DNA of 64,000 bases from a virus (IMGVR_UViG_3300037245_000888:47833-111832); one strand, 5' to 3'; numbered from the stretch's first letter, positions 40,981 through 51,918 are shown. Notes: generated by a model not told the origin, from the letters alone. Program-made: numbers and translations.

Positions 40981-41544
40981 TTAACCACTAGTAGTCTTTA
41001 AGCTAAGTTGATATCCTTGGTAGTCATTATTAAATAAATGAATAACTCCTCTAGTACCAACATTAGTCATTAATCCTATTGATTTGTATACTCTACTATT
41101 ATTAAAAATTCTATATATTTCATGTCTTAATACATTTATAGTTTGCTTGCCTACTCCATCTAAAATTAATGATTTATTATGGCTTATTATTTCCACTCCT
41201 AAATTTAATTCATAGTTGTTTAAGGAAGGGACTCCCCATGAAGCATTAAATAATCTTATCTCACTGTGGGCATCAGCAGATATATCATAATTAAACTTGG
41301 CAACTGTTACTTTAGTTATAAGTTTACCGTCTCCGTCAACATTGTTTTGTTTTACCATTGCACGTTTATCTGCAGTAGATATCGTGTAAGTTGGATTAAT
41401 CAATGCATCATTAGATCCATATTTTAATATTTTCCAGAAATCATCACTTGCTACTTCTACTAATATAAGTAACATTTCATTGATTAAGTCATCAACAAAA
41501 GCGAGATCATTTCCACAACTAATTTTCTTGTAACCTGTACTCAT
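40981..41544 (-). CDS. tail terminator / completion protein (probable)
   Basis: Position between the head-tail genes and the tube gene. Confidence 0.45.
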   Translation of the reverse strand: MSTGYKKISCGNDLAFVDDLINEMLLILVEVASDDFWKILKYGSNDALINPTYTISTADKRAMVKQNNVDGDGKLITKVTVAKFNYDISADAHSEIRLFNASWGVPSLNNYELNLGVEIISHNKSLILDGVGKQTINVLRHEIYRIFNNSRVYKSIGLMTNVGTRGVIHLFNNDYQGYQLSLKTTSG

Positions 41545-41559
41545 AATCTCACCTTTCTT

Positions 41560-42513
41560 TTAACCTAACGCTGAAACAAGTTCAATAGGTATCGTATATT
41601 CTAATAAAGTAGATTGATCAATTGCAACCAATTCACCAGCAAAGTAATATCCATCTGATTTAATTTCTATACTATTATCTGTTTCTGATACTATTGTATA
41701 TTCTGATGCACTGATATTATCTATTCTAAAATCGAATAATGTAAATGGATCAATTACATCATTTATATAATTATAAACTTCAACACTTTGACTATCTTCA
41801 ATTGCAATTCTTAAGCTATCCTTAGTAAAGAATATACCATTTTTACCTGTGTCTGGAATATTGGTATTGTCCATATCGTTGAATGCTATATTTGTAATGA
41901 AGTCATCACCAGCAACTTCTTGAGTGGCCTCTAATGTTAATTTGAATACTCCAGTAATTGTGAAGTTGTCATAAGCTGTAATCTTATATGGTTCCAAGTG
42001 ATTCAATATAAACCTCTGATTTTTAAATATCTTATTTGAGCTTGGATTTACCTGAACCCACAGTTGTTTCTTAGTATCAGAAAATGGAACTGCATGATTA
42101 CTATCTTGTGATCCCATACCAGTATTTGTGATGTGATAGAATAGCTCATGTACTTCATTATTGCTATCCTTGAATGATATACTTTGTTCAGCTCTCTTCA
42201 TTTTACCAAAAGCTTGAATAGTTGAATGAACATCTTTCTCATGGACTAAATATTTAAATCCATCATCTGTATATTCTATAATGTCACCTTTTTGTAATTC
42301 ATAATCAGGATGACAAACATACTTCTTCTCACTATCCGACTTAGTAGAAAATATATGAATAGGGAAAGAATCTAAAAATTCTATGCCTTCTCTTGTTACT
42401 TTGTATTCACCATAAGCATCTGATCTATCAAAATTTCTAATATCGAGATCTTTATTCGTCTGAACAAATCTAGCTTTATATCCGCCTGTTCCTACTTGGT
42501 CATAAATAGACAT
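41560..42513 (-). CDS. head-tail joining protein (probable)
   Basis: Gene order in the SPbeta-like neck module. Confidence 0.45.
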   Translation of the reverse strand: MSIYDQVGTGGYKARFVQTNKDLDIRNFDRSDAYGEYKVTREGIEFLDSFPIHIFSTKSDSEKKYVCHPDYELQKGDIIEYTDDGFKYLVHEKDVHSTIQAFGKMKRAEQSISFKDSNNEVHELFYHITNTGMGSQDSNHAVPFSDTKKQLWVQVNPSSNKIFKNQRFILNHLEPYKITAYDNFTITGVFKLTLEATQEVAGDDFITNIAFNDMDNTNIPDTGKNGIFFTKDSLRIAIEDSQSVEVYNYINDVIDPFTLFDFRIDNISASEYTIVSETDNSIEIKSDGYYFAGELVAIDQSTLLEYTIPIELVSALG

Positions 42514-42535
42514 TCATATATTCCCTCCTTTATCG

Positions 42536-42580
42536 ATTATTTTTTAGTTGTTTTAGTTATTTTTTAGTTGTTTTTAGCTA
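42536..42580. repeat. degenerate TTTTTAGTT(G/A) tandem repeat, about 4 copies
   Basis: Intergenic attattttttagttgttttagttattttttagttgtttttagcta. Confidence 0.6.
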
Positions 42581-42581
42581 T

Positions 42582-42887
42582 TTAATTGTTCTTAGCTATT
42601 TTGTCTAGGATACCGATACATTCATGTAGTATACTTTTTCTTACAGTAAAATCACTTACCGATTCGATACCTTTTAAGTTAAGTATAACATCTGAAAGTT
42701 GATTGCTATAATTTATATAGATTTCTGACTCATCACATAATACACTTAATCCAACAACCTTTGCATTTATTTTCTGTATAAATCTTCCTACATTATCTTT
42801 CTCTTCATCTGTGTTCGCAATTCTTGATAAGTCCATCAATGTAAATAACTTTCCATTTAATGAGCTTGCTGTTTCACTTATGTTCAT
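42582..42887 (-). CDS. hypothetical neck-region protein
   Basis: ORF coupled to the upstream gene (TAATG). Confidence 0.55.
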   Translation of the reverse strand: MNISETASSLNGKLFTLMDLSRIANTDEEKDNVGRFIQKINAKVVGLSVLCDESEIYINYSNQLSDVILNLKGIESVSDFTVRKSILHECIGILDKIAKNN

Positions 42888-43312
42888 TAGCCAAGCCCTC
42901 CTATTATATTCAATACGGAGTCTTTAGCGGCTATTAGTCCAGCTTGTTTCTCTGAATATTCAGCTACATCCTTGATTGCCTTCATTTTATTTGCAGAAGA
43001 AAACGCATTGTATTCTAATGTTGCAAAGTTTAATTCAAACAAATCTTGATTATTCATATAAGGTTCAGCCCATGACTGAGCCATATAATATGCTAATACT
43101 TGCTGATTGTTTTCTGACAAATCATTATTGAAAATTAAAGCTCCATCATTCCTATCTGATAATACTACTCCACAACCAATATACTTTGTGATAGCATTTT
43201 GTAATAGTTCTAATTCAACTGTAGCTTTCCCAGAAGGAGACAAGTCAGCTAAGTCAAAGTCTGTAATTGTTTTTCTAAATCTTACATAAATTAATTCATA
43301 ACTAGTGCTCAT
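42887..43312 (-). CDS. head-tail adaptor protein (probable)
   Basis: MSTSYELIY-RF...DL....QVLA-YM--SW pattern; position after the capsid gene. Confidence 0.55.
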   Translation of the reverse strand: MSTSYELIYVRFRKTITDFDLADLSPSGKATVELELLQNAITKYIGCGVVLSDRNDGALIFNNDLSENNQQVLAYYMAQSWAEPYMNNQDLFELNFATLEYNAFSSANKMKAIKDVAEYSEKQAGLIAAKDSVLNIIGGLG

Positions 43313-43330
43313 TACTTTCTCCTATTCTGA

Positions 43331-44110
43331 TTATTGATCTTTTGATACTCTTTCCATATCAATATCCAACTCTAATTTTTCAGAGACAGCTTTAACTTTA
43401 AAGTAGTCAATAGACTCTTTTCTCTGAATTTTATCAATTAATATTTGTCCGACAATATTCTTAACTTCTTTACTCGCATTGTCTACAAAGTTAATTACAG
43501 TTTTAAGTGGTGCATCCAAAATCTTAATGATATCTTCAATCTTACCAAATCCATCATAAGTTTTTTGTAGTCCTAGTTCTTTAATTACTTCTTCATCTAA
43601 TATATACAACATAGATTTAAAGCAATCTTTTTTATTGGCTCTTAACCACGACAACGTACCAAATCTAATTGACTGCACATCACCAAGTTTTTCAAAATGA
43701 GTATTATCAAAAGGTTTATTTGGATTTTTAGCATCTGTTCCACCTGTAGCAATACTAATAACAGGAACCATATCTTCATCATCAAAAACTCTTACTTTAT
43801 TTTTAGTAACTCCAAGCTGCTTTGCCGTCTTAACAGCAGAACCCAATTCTTCTTCTAGAGTTTTATTTTCTTCTTTATTTTTTAACAGTTCTTCAGCTTC
43901 TAATTCAAGTCTAAGCTTTTCTTTTAAGTCAGCTTCAGCTTTCATTTCAGCTCTAATTTCTTTTTTAAGTTTTTCTTTTTCATCAGCCTCTAACTTGAGT
44001 TTTGCTGCTTTTTTATCAGCCTTAACTTTAGCTTTAGCTTCTTTGGTTTCTTTGGCTTCTCTAACTTTAATTTCTTCTTCTGTTTCTTCTTTTACTAATT
44101 GATCAGTCAT
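43331..44110 (-). CDS. SPbeta YonA-like head-region protein with K/E-rich N-terminus
   Basis: Position after the capsid gene; coiled-coil N-terminus. Confidence 0.45.
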   Translation of the reverse strand: MTDQLVKEETEEEIKVREAKETKEAKAKVKADKKAAKLKLEADEKEKLKKEIRAEMKAEADLKEKLRLELEAEELLKNKEENKTLEEELGSAVKTAKQLGVTKNKVRVFDDEDMVPVISIATGGTDAKNPNKPFDNTHFEKLGDVQSIRFGTLSWLRANKKDCFKSMLYILDEEVIKELGLQKTYDGFGKIEDIIKILDAPLKTVINFVDNASKEVKNIVGQILIDKIQRKESIDYFKVKAVSEKLELDIDMERVSKDQ

Positions 44111-44175
44111 TATTAATTTCTCCTCTTATAATCATTTTAATATCGATTACCAATATATCGTATTTGTTTGCAGCC

Positions 44176-45051
44176 CTAAACTAGAGAGCTAAAACATTCT
44201 GTGTATCCATGAAAATGTAATTTTGGCTCATATGAGTGTTTATTCTCTTCGTGCATTTTATTTTCTAAATATACTGCATCATATAAATTTGTGTAAATTA
44301 CATCTATTATCCTGTATCTATATGGCATAGCATTTCCTCTGAATCTCCTTTCTATAGACGTAGTTGTTAGACCTATTTTATAGAAATTTTCATCATCATT
44401 CCAACATTGTATTGTATATACCTTTGCAGGTTTTTCTAACCATATTTCTTTATTTCTTTCAGCAGTTTTGATGTTATATGCACCTTCATGAGATTCTCTC
44501 GAACATTTTAAACAGCCTCCGCTCTCTATATGATTGAGTGGTTCTTGCACAAATTCACCGTGAATTGGACAGATGATAATTACTTTATCTATATTGTTTT
44601 TATATTTTACTTTTGTATAGTCATATTTTTCACCATGAACTTCTTTAGCCATACTAACCCAATATTCAGTTTTATTTATTGCTGATAAAATATGGAATTT
44701 ACTGCCATTAAGTAAATTACTTGGAATTACCTTACAGTATCCATGCTTTGTTCCAACAATAACTTTTGTATAGTTGTTAACATATTTAACCTTGCTATAA
44801 TCTAAATTCAGATCTCCGTGCACTTCTTTAACCATGTTAATCCAGTACTCCGTTTTATTGATTGAGTTTCTTATTGTAGGACTCACGCCTGACAGTAAGC
44901 TATCTGGTCTAATTTTGCAATACCCATATTTATTCCCTATAATTATTTTAGTATCACAGTTAATGTATTTTACTTGGTTATAGTTTAAGTCTGAGTTTTT
45001 ATGGATGATTTTAGCTTCTTCGATAAATTGTTCTTGTGTTTTACGTCTCAT
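44176..45051 (-). CDS. free-standing homing-endonuclease-like protein (DUF723-like repeats + T5orf172-like domain)
   Basis: Three K-VHG..YDY-KVKY-N repeats, CPIHG/GCLKC, and C-terminal VYTIQC...FYKIGLT...GYTECF. Confidence 0.75.
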   Translation of the reverse strand: MRRKTQEQFIEEAKIIHKNSDLNYNQVKYINCDTKIIIGNKYGYCKIRPDSLLSGVSPTIRNSINKTEYWINMVKEVHGDLNLDYSKVKYVNNYTKVIVGTKHGYCKVIPSNLLNGSKFHILSAINKTEYWVSMAKEVHGEKYDYTKVKYKNNIDKVIIICPIHGEFVQEPLNHIESGGCLKCSRESHEGAYNIKTAERNKEIWLEKPAKVYTIQCWNDDENFYKIGLTTTSIERRFRGNAMPYRYRIIDVIYTNLYDAVYLENKMHEENKHSYEPKLHFHGYTECFSSLV

Positions 45052-45106
45052 TTCCTCTACCTTCCATTTTAAAATACACATACTTTAATATATTTTAGTA
45101 AGTTTA

Positions 45107-45145
45107 TTAATCAACGACATGAGATATACCCATGCCATCGATTAA
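45107..45145 (-). terminator. hairpin downstream of the major capsid gene
   Basis: On the - strand TTAATCGATGGCATG pairs with CATGTCGTTGATTAA, using G-U pairs. Confidence 0.6.
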
Positions 45146-45172
45146 TTGTCTTACTATACTATTTAGGTGTGA

Positions 45173-46195
45173 TTAGACCCACGTGTACTTGCCAAACTTA
45201 CGTCCCGTTACGATACCAACACCAACTTCTCTATAATACATAAACTCAACAGAGAAATCTGCGTTATCGCCAATACCCTTATTTGTGATGATTGGAACGC
45301 CTTCTTCTACAATCTTAACTAAAGAACCTAAGTCAGCAGGAATAACCATTAATTGCTTATTAGAAAGTAAGAAAGTGAAAGTATTCTTAACATGCATTTG
45401 ATCTACAGGAACTAAGTTGTAACCCTCAGCAGTCTTATAGAAACCATTGTTATACATATCTAAGTTAGCTTGCTCAGTTGCGATAACTGGAGTTAAGTTT
45501 TTCAATGCAGATCTTGTTCCGACAATAATAACATCAGAATTCATATTTTCTGCTTGAACGTGCTCAACTAATGTGTAAACATTGTCAAGGTCAAAACCAC
45601 CAGCATCATTAACGTTGAATGTAGCATTTCCGTTAACTGGAGCAACAGCATAGAAAGCTGTCCATGTTAATTCTTTTACATGCTGAACATAAGAAGCAAC
45701 AACCTTAGTCATCATTTTAGTCCAGTTTGCTTGTCCTGATAAGAATCTCTTGAAGCTATCAAAGATTTTAATTCCTTTGGCTTCAGTAGGAATAGTTAAA
45801 TAACCATTCTCAATTCTTTGTCTTCTGATATTACCATTACCTTTAGCAATAGTACATACATCAAATAAATCAGAGTTTTCAATTTCAAATCTAGTTGTTT
45901 CATTCCATCCTTGTGTGATAATCTCAGCGAAAGGAAGGTCTGCTGCTAATTGATCAGTTGCTCTAGCACCAACAAATGCTTCGATGATTTCAAAGAACAT
46001 ACCTGAATTTGGATTTCTATCAACTTCAAGAATAGATGGATTCTCTTTACCGAAGAACTTTACCATTTCTACTCTTACTTTTTTTTCTAAGTCCACTTGT
46101 GAATACTTTGTAGACTCGCCTTTTGACGCAGCCTCAAGATCAATCATCATATCTTTAATTATTTGCAAATTTTCGTTCATGTTTAAATCCTCCAT
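45173..46195 (-). CDS. major capsid protein (SPbeta YonB-like)
   Basis: About 340 aa, after the protease and decoration genes; IRRQR motif; strong codon bias; followed by a hairpin. Confidence 0.75.
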   Translation of the reverse strand: MEDLNMNENLQIIKDMMIDLEAASKGESTKYSQVDLEKKVRVEMVKFFGKENPSILEVDRNPNSGMFFEIIEAFVGARATDQLAADLPFAEIITQGWNETTRFEIENSDLFDVCTIAKGNGNIRRQRIENGYLTIPTEAKGIKIFDSFKRFLSGQANWTKMMTKVVASYVQHVKELTWTAFYAVAPVNGNATFNVNDAGGFDLDNVYTLVEHVQAENMNSDVIIVGTRSALKNLTPVIATEQANLDMYNNGFYKTAEGYNLVPVDQMHVKNTFTFLLSNKQLMVIPADLGSLVKIVEEGVPIITNKGIGDNADFSVEFMYYREVGVGIVTGRKFGKYTWV

Positions 46196-46242
46196 AAGAT
46201 AATATTTACTGTTTCCGATTTACTATAATAACTAATTGGCTA

Positions 46243-46725
46243 TTATAAGTATGATCTAACTGCAACTCTAATTGCTGGGTTTCTTCCAAAGCCAATAACT
46301 TGATCTACTTCAATAATTTCAATTACATTTTTAGTTCCAACTTTAGCTACAGTTACAGTAGGTACAGTTGTTCCGTTTACTGGTGACAAGAATTTACCAA
46401 CGCCTACAGCTTCAGTATCATCAATATCTTCAATATCAATTAACCATCCATCACCTTGTGTTAAGTGATATGCTGGTGTTGGAATATCAGCTAAATTTGT
46501 GAATGAAGAAATATTTGTTCCTTCTGCATATTGAGACTCATCAGAGAATACCAATAATACTTCAGCAGTATCTAATGTTGCTGTTGCTGGCACTGAAACA
46601 GTGTAAACATCATCTTTAGCTTTAACACCTAAGTTGACGAAAGCACCGTTCTTCATAGCTGCTGAATGTTGTACATTGTCAATATTTCCTATTGAAATTG
46701 CTTGACTTTTTTCTAAGTTCATCAT
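46243..46725 (-). CDS. capsid decoration/cement protein (YonC-like)
   Basis: 160 aa between scaffold and capsid genes; NG-FV-LG...AYHL--GD. Confidence 0.6.
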   Translation of the reverse strand: MMNLEKSQAISIGNIDNVQHSAAMKNGAFVNLGVKAKDDVYTVSVPATATLDTAEVLLVFSDESQYAEGTNISSFTNLADIPTPAYHLTQGDGWLIDIEDIDDTEAVGVGKFLSPVNGTTVPTVTVAKVGTKNVIEIIEVDQVIGFGRNPAIRVAVRSYL

Positions 46726-46791
46726 GTTTTGTTCCTCCTGTATAAATAATTATTTGATTACCGATTGGTGCTATTTAATTTTAAATTTAAC

Positions 46792-48387
46792 CTATTCCAT
46801 TAAGCTATCATAAGATTTAGCTTCTAAGTTTTTATCATCATCTGTATTAGGAAGATTGTTATCTTTAATATCTTCAATCTCAGTGACAGTAAATTTAAGA
46901 GCTTTTAATCCTACATCTGTAGCTATTTTTAATTTTAATTCATCAAGAGTATATTTATCTAAAGATTCGGTGAAAACAGTCTTCTCTTCATCTGTTAAAT
47001 TTTCTACACTTGTTACAAAATCTGACTTAGCTTTGGTATCTTCAGTCTCCTTAAATGTACGAAGTTGAGAAAGTTCTTCTTCTAAAGTAGATACTTGTAA
47101 TTCAAAAGTAACTTTTTGAGTTTCTAATTCAGCTTCATATTTAACTTTAGATTCTTCTTTAGCTTCATTAACTTTAGCAGATCCAAATTCAAAAGCAGTT
47201 TTAGCTTCTTCTGAAATTGTAAATGTTGCAGATGCTCCACCTTCAAGTTTCTGTGGTTGCCATGCGATTTTGAATTTCGAACCTTCATCAATTACAAAAT
47301 TATCTCCATCTTTAGTGAAAGTAAATCCATAATCCATCCAGTCAGTATAATCCATAACATAAACTTCATTCAATTCGAAATTAGCATCTCTGGCATAATA
47401 TCTCCCATCGTGATACCAACAGTCCATTGCTTCAAGATCTGTAACAGCATTACTTAATAAATCCATTTGTGCGCCTTGAGTTAACGCAAATTGCACAGCC
47501 TGTTCTACATCTAAAACTTTTTCTAAATCTTCTTTAGTTTCATAACTTTCAAGTTTGCTTTTTAATCCTTCAACAAACTCATCGGAAATTAGTGTGAATT
47601 TAGATTGCTTCATCATAGCTTCTAATACTTTAATATCCAACACATTTCCTCCCTTCTCATTTTCATAGTTTAATTTTTGAGCTTCTTTGTCTGAAGTGTA
47701 TCTCAAATCCATCTCTTGTAACAATGATTGCAGTTCAAATTTTATACTTGTAAATTGGGTTTTCTCAATCTGCCCTCCAGACATAGCTGGGATCTTCGAA
47801 TCACCAAGAATACATAAAGCTTCAAAATCAGCAGATGTAACCATATACTGATCATTTATCGCATCATAATAACCATCAAAAGTTTCTGGCAATAACTCCA
47901 TTGAGTGACCTTTGGTTACATCTCTATCAATAATTTCTTTCATTTTAGAAAACTTATTAATCAATACTCCATCTGCGATAAGATATTCTCTACTAACGCC
48001 ATCTACTTCTATTGTTTCAAATCTTGCATTATTATCTTTTGGAATGAATCCATACATTCTACCTAGATATTCGGTTTTTACACCGTCTTTATCTATGATA
48101 TATCTTTCTTCATGACCAGCAAAGTCTTCTTCATTATTTTCACCAACTTCAATATATCCAACAATAGGTATTCTATATAAAGATGGTATCATTGCTTCTA
48201 ACATATCTTTTGAGAAATTAGACTTATTTTTATTTTTACCGGTATGAGCTATCCTAACAGTCACATCAGTAAATCTAATCTCATCAGCGGTCAGGATATC
48301 CTCATCCATGGTTATCTCTTCAAAAGTGATAAATGAATTCATTGTCCTAGCCTGATTTTTTAGTATTTTTAACTTGTCTTTTTCCAT
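46792..48387 (-). CDS. prohead protease-scaffold protein (YonD-like)
   Basis: Motifs H-G-N-N-S-F, IPIVG, HSMEL, FEALCILG..PAM, plus an acidic coiled-coil C-terminus. Confidence 0.75.
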   Translation of the reverse strand: MEKDKLKILKNQARTMNSFITFEEITMDEDILTADEIRFTDVTVRIAHTGKNKNKSNFSKDMLEAMIPSLYRIPIVGYIEVGENNEEDFAGHEERYIIDKDGVKTEYLGRMYGFIPKDNNARFETIEVDGVSREYLIADGVLINKFSKMKEIIDRDVTKGHSMELLPETFDGYYDAINDQYMVTSADFEALCILGDSKIPAMSGGQIEKTQFTSIKFELQSLLQEMDLRYTSDKEAQKLNYENEKGGNVLDIKVLEAMMKQSKFTLISDEFVEGLKSKLESYETKEDLEKVLDVEQAVQFALTQGAQMDLLSNAVTDLEAMDCWYHDGRYYARDANFELNEVYVMDYTDWMDYGFTFTKDGDNFVIDEGSKFKIAWQPQKLEGGASATFTISEEAKTAFEFGSAKVNEAKEESKVKYEAELETQKVTFELQVSTLEEELSQLRTFKETEDTKAKSDFVTSVENLTDEEKTVFTESLDKYTLDELKLKIATDVGLKALKFTVTEIEDIKDNNLPNTDDDKNLEAKSYDSLME

Positions 48388-48408
48388 ACTTCCTCCAAGC
48401 CATTTTAC

Positions 48409-50082
48409 CTATAACTCTCTTTCTCTTGAATTTATTCCATCTTCTGTCAACTCACCTTCAGTTTTAGTCCCACCATTTTCTTCTGAGCCATCACCAACAT
48501 GAGATGATTTAAATGGCTGCATGATGTCATTTAATCCAAGTTTCTGAATTACGCTTGAATTATTAATAAATGCAATCTGACTTCTACCTAATATAGCATT
48601 AACTTCAAATTGAGTATTAAACCCAGCCGAACCTGTAGTCATCATAGTTTTCATTAAAGCTTCTTCATTTAAATGAGTGTGATCTAAGAATCTCAAACTA
48701 TACTTGTAAGTATTATTATTTCTTAAATACAATCTCTTCTTCATATATAATTCATATTGTCTAAGAACTCTAAACATTAATGACTCATCAACTATAATAT
48801 TTTTACTCAACCCTAATGAACTAGTTGAGGCGCCATTAAATAGTAATGAAGATGTTCCTGATCCTGTAAATATATTTGCTACATGTTTACTTGTTAGATT
48901 CTCTTCTGCAGAGTTAACATTACCTTTTAAACTAATTGGTGTTATATCCATAGGCGATGTAACCGTACCAACATCCTTTGGGGCATTGCTAGCTAAGTTG
49001 TCATGGAATCCTGTTAAGAAATCACCTGTGATTAAAAACTCATTTATTGCATTAGCGTCTTTACCCATAGGAACTTTTTGATGCAGTAATTTATAGTTAT
49101 CTGATATTGTTCCAGAAATTTCTATATCTTTTAAATCTGATAATCTAACCAAATCCAAGAATAATCCTGAATAGTATGGTAGAACAAAATCTACACTTTG
49201 ATCAAACTTAAAAGCAATTGCTTTGTCTGGATTCAATTCAACAAAATCAGGTTTTCCAATCAATGCACCTAAATCTCTAAGTGATGTTACTTTCTTCTTT
49301 CCATTTTTAACTTTCAATGCATCATGCTTTTCTTTAAATTCATCTGGAAAATTCTTAAGCTGTTCTGGATACGTATCAAAGAATGACATGTCAAATCCAA
49401 CTCTATAAGTTTCAAATCTATCTTTACCTATAATTCTACAATATTTATTTGGTAATCTTTTCCAAGTATAATTTACTTTACTATTTGTAGATAATTCATA
49501 TGCAAAATAAACATCATCTCTAACTAAAAGTTTTGTAACCTGTCCTAATTTACTTCTAAGGTTATAATTATCAATAAACTTTAAATTATCAAGATAATCT
49601 TGTTCATCAAAATTGTTCATATTATCTACATCCATTACACTTGTATGAGTAAGCATAGAAGATTTATAATCTATAATACCTTTATACTCTTGTGTCTTAA
49701 TATAAAAATACATACTCATTCTAAGAAGTTCATCTCTGTGACTATATGGAACTTCCATTATTCTATTAATTTGTTCAGCACTAAATTTACGAGGAGTATT
49801 TGCATATCTACCAAAATTACCCATCATATTTGAAAGGAAGTTGTTTACATCAAATTTTGCCTTGTTGCTATTTTGATCTTTATAAAAGCTTTGATCAAAA
49901 CTTGAGTTTACTTTAGTATATATATTAGTTACTTGATTTCTAATTTCTTCTTCAGTCATTCCTTTTGATATTTCAGAATTAGAATAATCCATATATAAAT
50001 CAGAAAGTAATATATCACCTTTTGAGCTTGCGTTATATTTTTTCAATAGCTCATTTCTTGCTTTTATTCTATCTTTTTCCAA
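48409..50082 (-). CDS. portal protein (YonE-like)
   Basis: 557 aa directly downstream of the terminase; LP--YC-I-G, SSLLFNG, PFKSSH. Confidence 0.7.
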   Translation of the reverse strand: MEKDRIKARNELLKKYNASSKGDILLSDLYMDYSNSEISKGMTEEEIRNQVTNIYTKVNSSFDQSFYKDQNSNKAKFDVNNFLSNMMGNFGRYANTPRKFSAEQINRIMEVPYSHRDELLRMSMYFYIKTQEYKGIIDYKSSMLTHTSVMDVDNMNNFDEQDYLDNLKFIDNYNLRSKLGQVTKLLVRDDVYFAYELSTNSKVNYTWKRLPNKYCRIIGKDRFETYRVGFDMSFFDTYPEQLKNFPDEFKEKHDALKVKNGKKKVTSLRDLGALIGKPDFVELNPDKAIAFKFDQSVDFVLPYYSGLFLDLVRLSDLKDIEISGTISDNYKLLHQKVPMGKDANAINEFLITGDFLTGFHDNLASNAPKDVGTVTSPMDITPISLKGNVNSAEENLTSKHVANIFTGSGTSSLLFNGASTSSLGLSKNIIVDESLMFRVLRQYELYMKKRLYLRNNNTYKYSLRFLDHTHLNEEALMKTMMTTGSAGFNTQFEVNAILGRSQIAFINNSSVIQKLGLNDIMQPFKSSHVGDGSEENGGTKTEGELTEDGINSREREL

Positions 50083-50103
50083 ATCTACCTCCTTTCATTT
50101 ATA

Positions 50104-51918
50104 TTATCTTTTACTGAACAATCCTAATATAGTTTTATCTTGTGTCTTTTTCTTTTTACCTCTTGTTAATGTATCTTTCTCTCTAAGCTCATAAATTTCA
50201 TTTGCAAACATAGCGAGAGTATAAAATCTATCATCGTGCATTTTATTTCTCATATCAGTTCTAAGCTGATAATTTGGCTTACCATTATCTCTTTTATATT
50301 CATGAATCATTTTAGCTTCTTCTTTACATATATCAATATTCATCAAAGCTAATTCTTGATCTCTAGAAAGTTTCTTTCTAAATAATTCTCCATTTTCATC
50401 TTCCATATCAATATGTCCTGAGTTATCATATTCAAAAGGAAACTCTATTAATCCTAAATCCATTAAGTCAATCAATCTACTTATCATAGTTGTTCTCATA
50501 TTAATAGGTTCAACTAATCTCATAATAGGATAAGCATTTGGGAAATCTCTTATTTGATTTTCATAATATACCTTATCCATGATTCCTCTGTGTGGAGCAC
50601 CAGTTTGTTCATCTTTAAAATCTAGCATAAACATATGACTGTAAAGTATTCCACCACCACCAGCTCCAGCATCAATAGCAACCTTGTGAATATTTTCATA
50701 CTCAGCTCCGGTGCCATTATATCTAACCATTAAACTTCTAACAGCTTTAACTTGATCTGGATACATCATTTGAATATTACCTTTTTCTTTTAAGTCTTTA
50801 AATTTAACCATATTAACAACTCTACCATAATATCCACGTATGTCATCATATGCTACTTCACCAATTAAAACAACCGAGTTATCAGCTCTAGATGCAGGGT
50901 CATATAATAGTGCATATTTTTTACCAACTTCTGGTGATAATATAGGTAATTGGAATGTAGAGTTTCTTTCAACTGTAAATGATTTGATTATTTGGCTATC
51001 TCCACCATCTTCATCAAATTGATTATAAAATTCTCTCATAGCCTTAGCAGGATTAGTTGCCATCATTGTATTAACTACAGAGATATCAAGTAATGGAGGC
51101 TTCTTTTTCGTGTTAATTGTAGGATTAAGTGGAATATCAACTGTTAAATCAGCAACATAATATTGTGGATCTCCACCAATCATTCTTAGAGCAGTGTCTT
51201 TGTACTTTTTATAAAAATATGTTGTCTTATCACTTGCAGAAGATATATATAATCTCTGATTTGGTCTAGCTGTAGGTGAACACCTGTCATCAAAATCCTC
51301 TTTTATAGAAGTCTTTGTTTGAGAGTTTGTTGTAGTAAATGGTTCGATTGCAGCAATAGACTCTTCGGCCATAAATCCAGATTCATCAAATACTAATAAA
51401 TTACCACGGCCACCCCTGTTGTTATCTGGATTACCATTTAATGTCTGTACATAACTTTCATTTAATAATGTGGCCTTAAATCCACCTGCATCATGACCAA
51501 AACCATGATTCCCATCGTAAGGCCTTTTCATTTCTTGATAATAAATATCAGGTAGATCACCAAAATCACTAATTGAGTTCATTGCAAGCCTCTCAATATA
51601 ATTAAACAATTTTTTGGCTTGTTTACCAGTTTTAGATATAATCCAGACTTCTTGCTCAGGATAGAGTAGTTGAACCAACATAATATAAATACTAGCAAGA
51701 ACAGTTTTACCACCATTTCTAGTAATTGTCCAAACCGCATCTTTCGCTACCCATGTTCTAGTTAATATTAAAGACTGAAAGTCAAATAATTGTATTCCTA
51801 ATAAGTCTCTAGCAGCAATGGCTGGATTACCTCTCCAAAATTCTATAGTAGCCATATCTGCCATTGCCATTTCGTGTTGAGCTGTTGTTAGCATTGACTT
51901 GTCTACAAATTTAGCCAT
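50104..51918 (-). CDS. terL: terminase large subunit
   Basis: Walker A TRNGGKT, Walker B LVFDE, YISSAS, nuclease YDPA..DNS and HDDR. Confidence 0.9.
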   Translation of the reverse strand: MAKFVDKSMLTTAQHEMAMADMATIEFWRGNPAIAARDLLGIQLFDFQSLILTRTWVAKDAVWTITRNGGKTVLASIYIMLVQLLYPEQEVWIISKTGKQAKKLFNYIERLAMNSISDFGDLPDIYYQEMKRPYDGNHGFGHDAGGFKATLLNESYVQTLNGNPDNNRGGRGNLLVFDESGFMAEESIAAIEPFTTTNSQTKTSIKEDFDDRCSPTARPNQRLYISSASDKTTYFYKKYKDTALRMIGGDPQYYVADLTVDIPLNPTINTKKKPPLLDISVVNTMMATNPAKAMREFYNQFDEDGGDSQIIKSFTVERNSTFQLPILSPEVGKKYALLYDPASRADNSVVLIGEVAYDDIRGYYGRVVNMVKFKDLKEKGNIQMMYPDQVKAVRSLMVRYNGTGAEYENIHKVAIDAGAGGGGILYSHMFMLDFKDEQTGAPHRGIMDKVYYENQIRDFPNAYPIMRLVEPINMRTTMISRLIDLMDLGLIEFPFEYDNSGHIDMEDENGELFRKKLSRDQELALMNIDICKEEAKMIHEYKRDNGKPNYQLRTDMRNKMHDDRFYTLAMFANEIYELREKDTLTRGKKKKTQDKTILGLFSKR

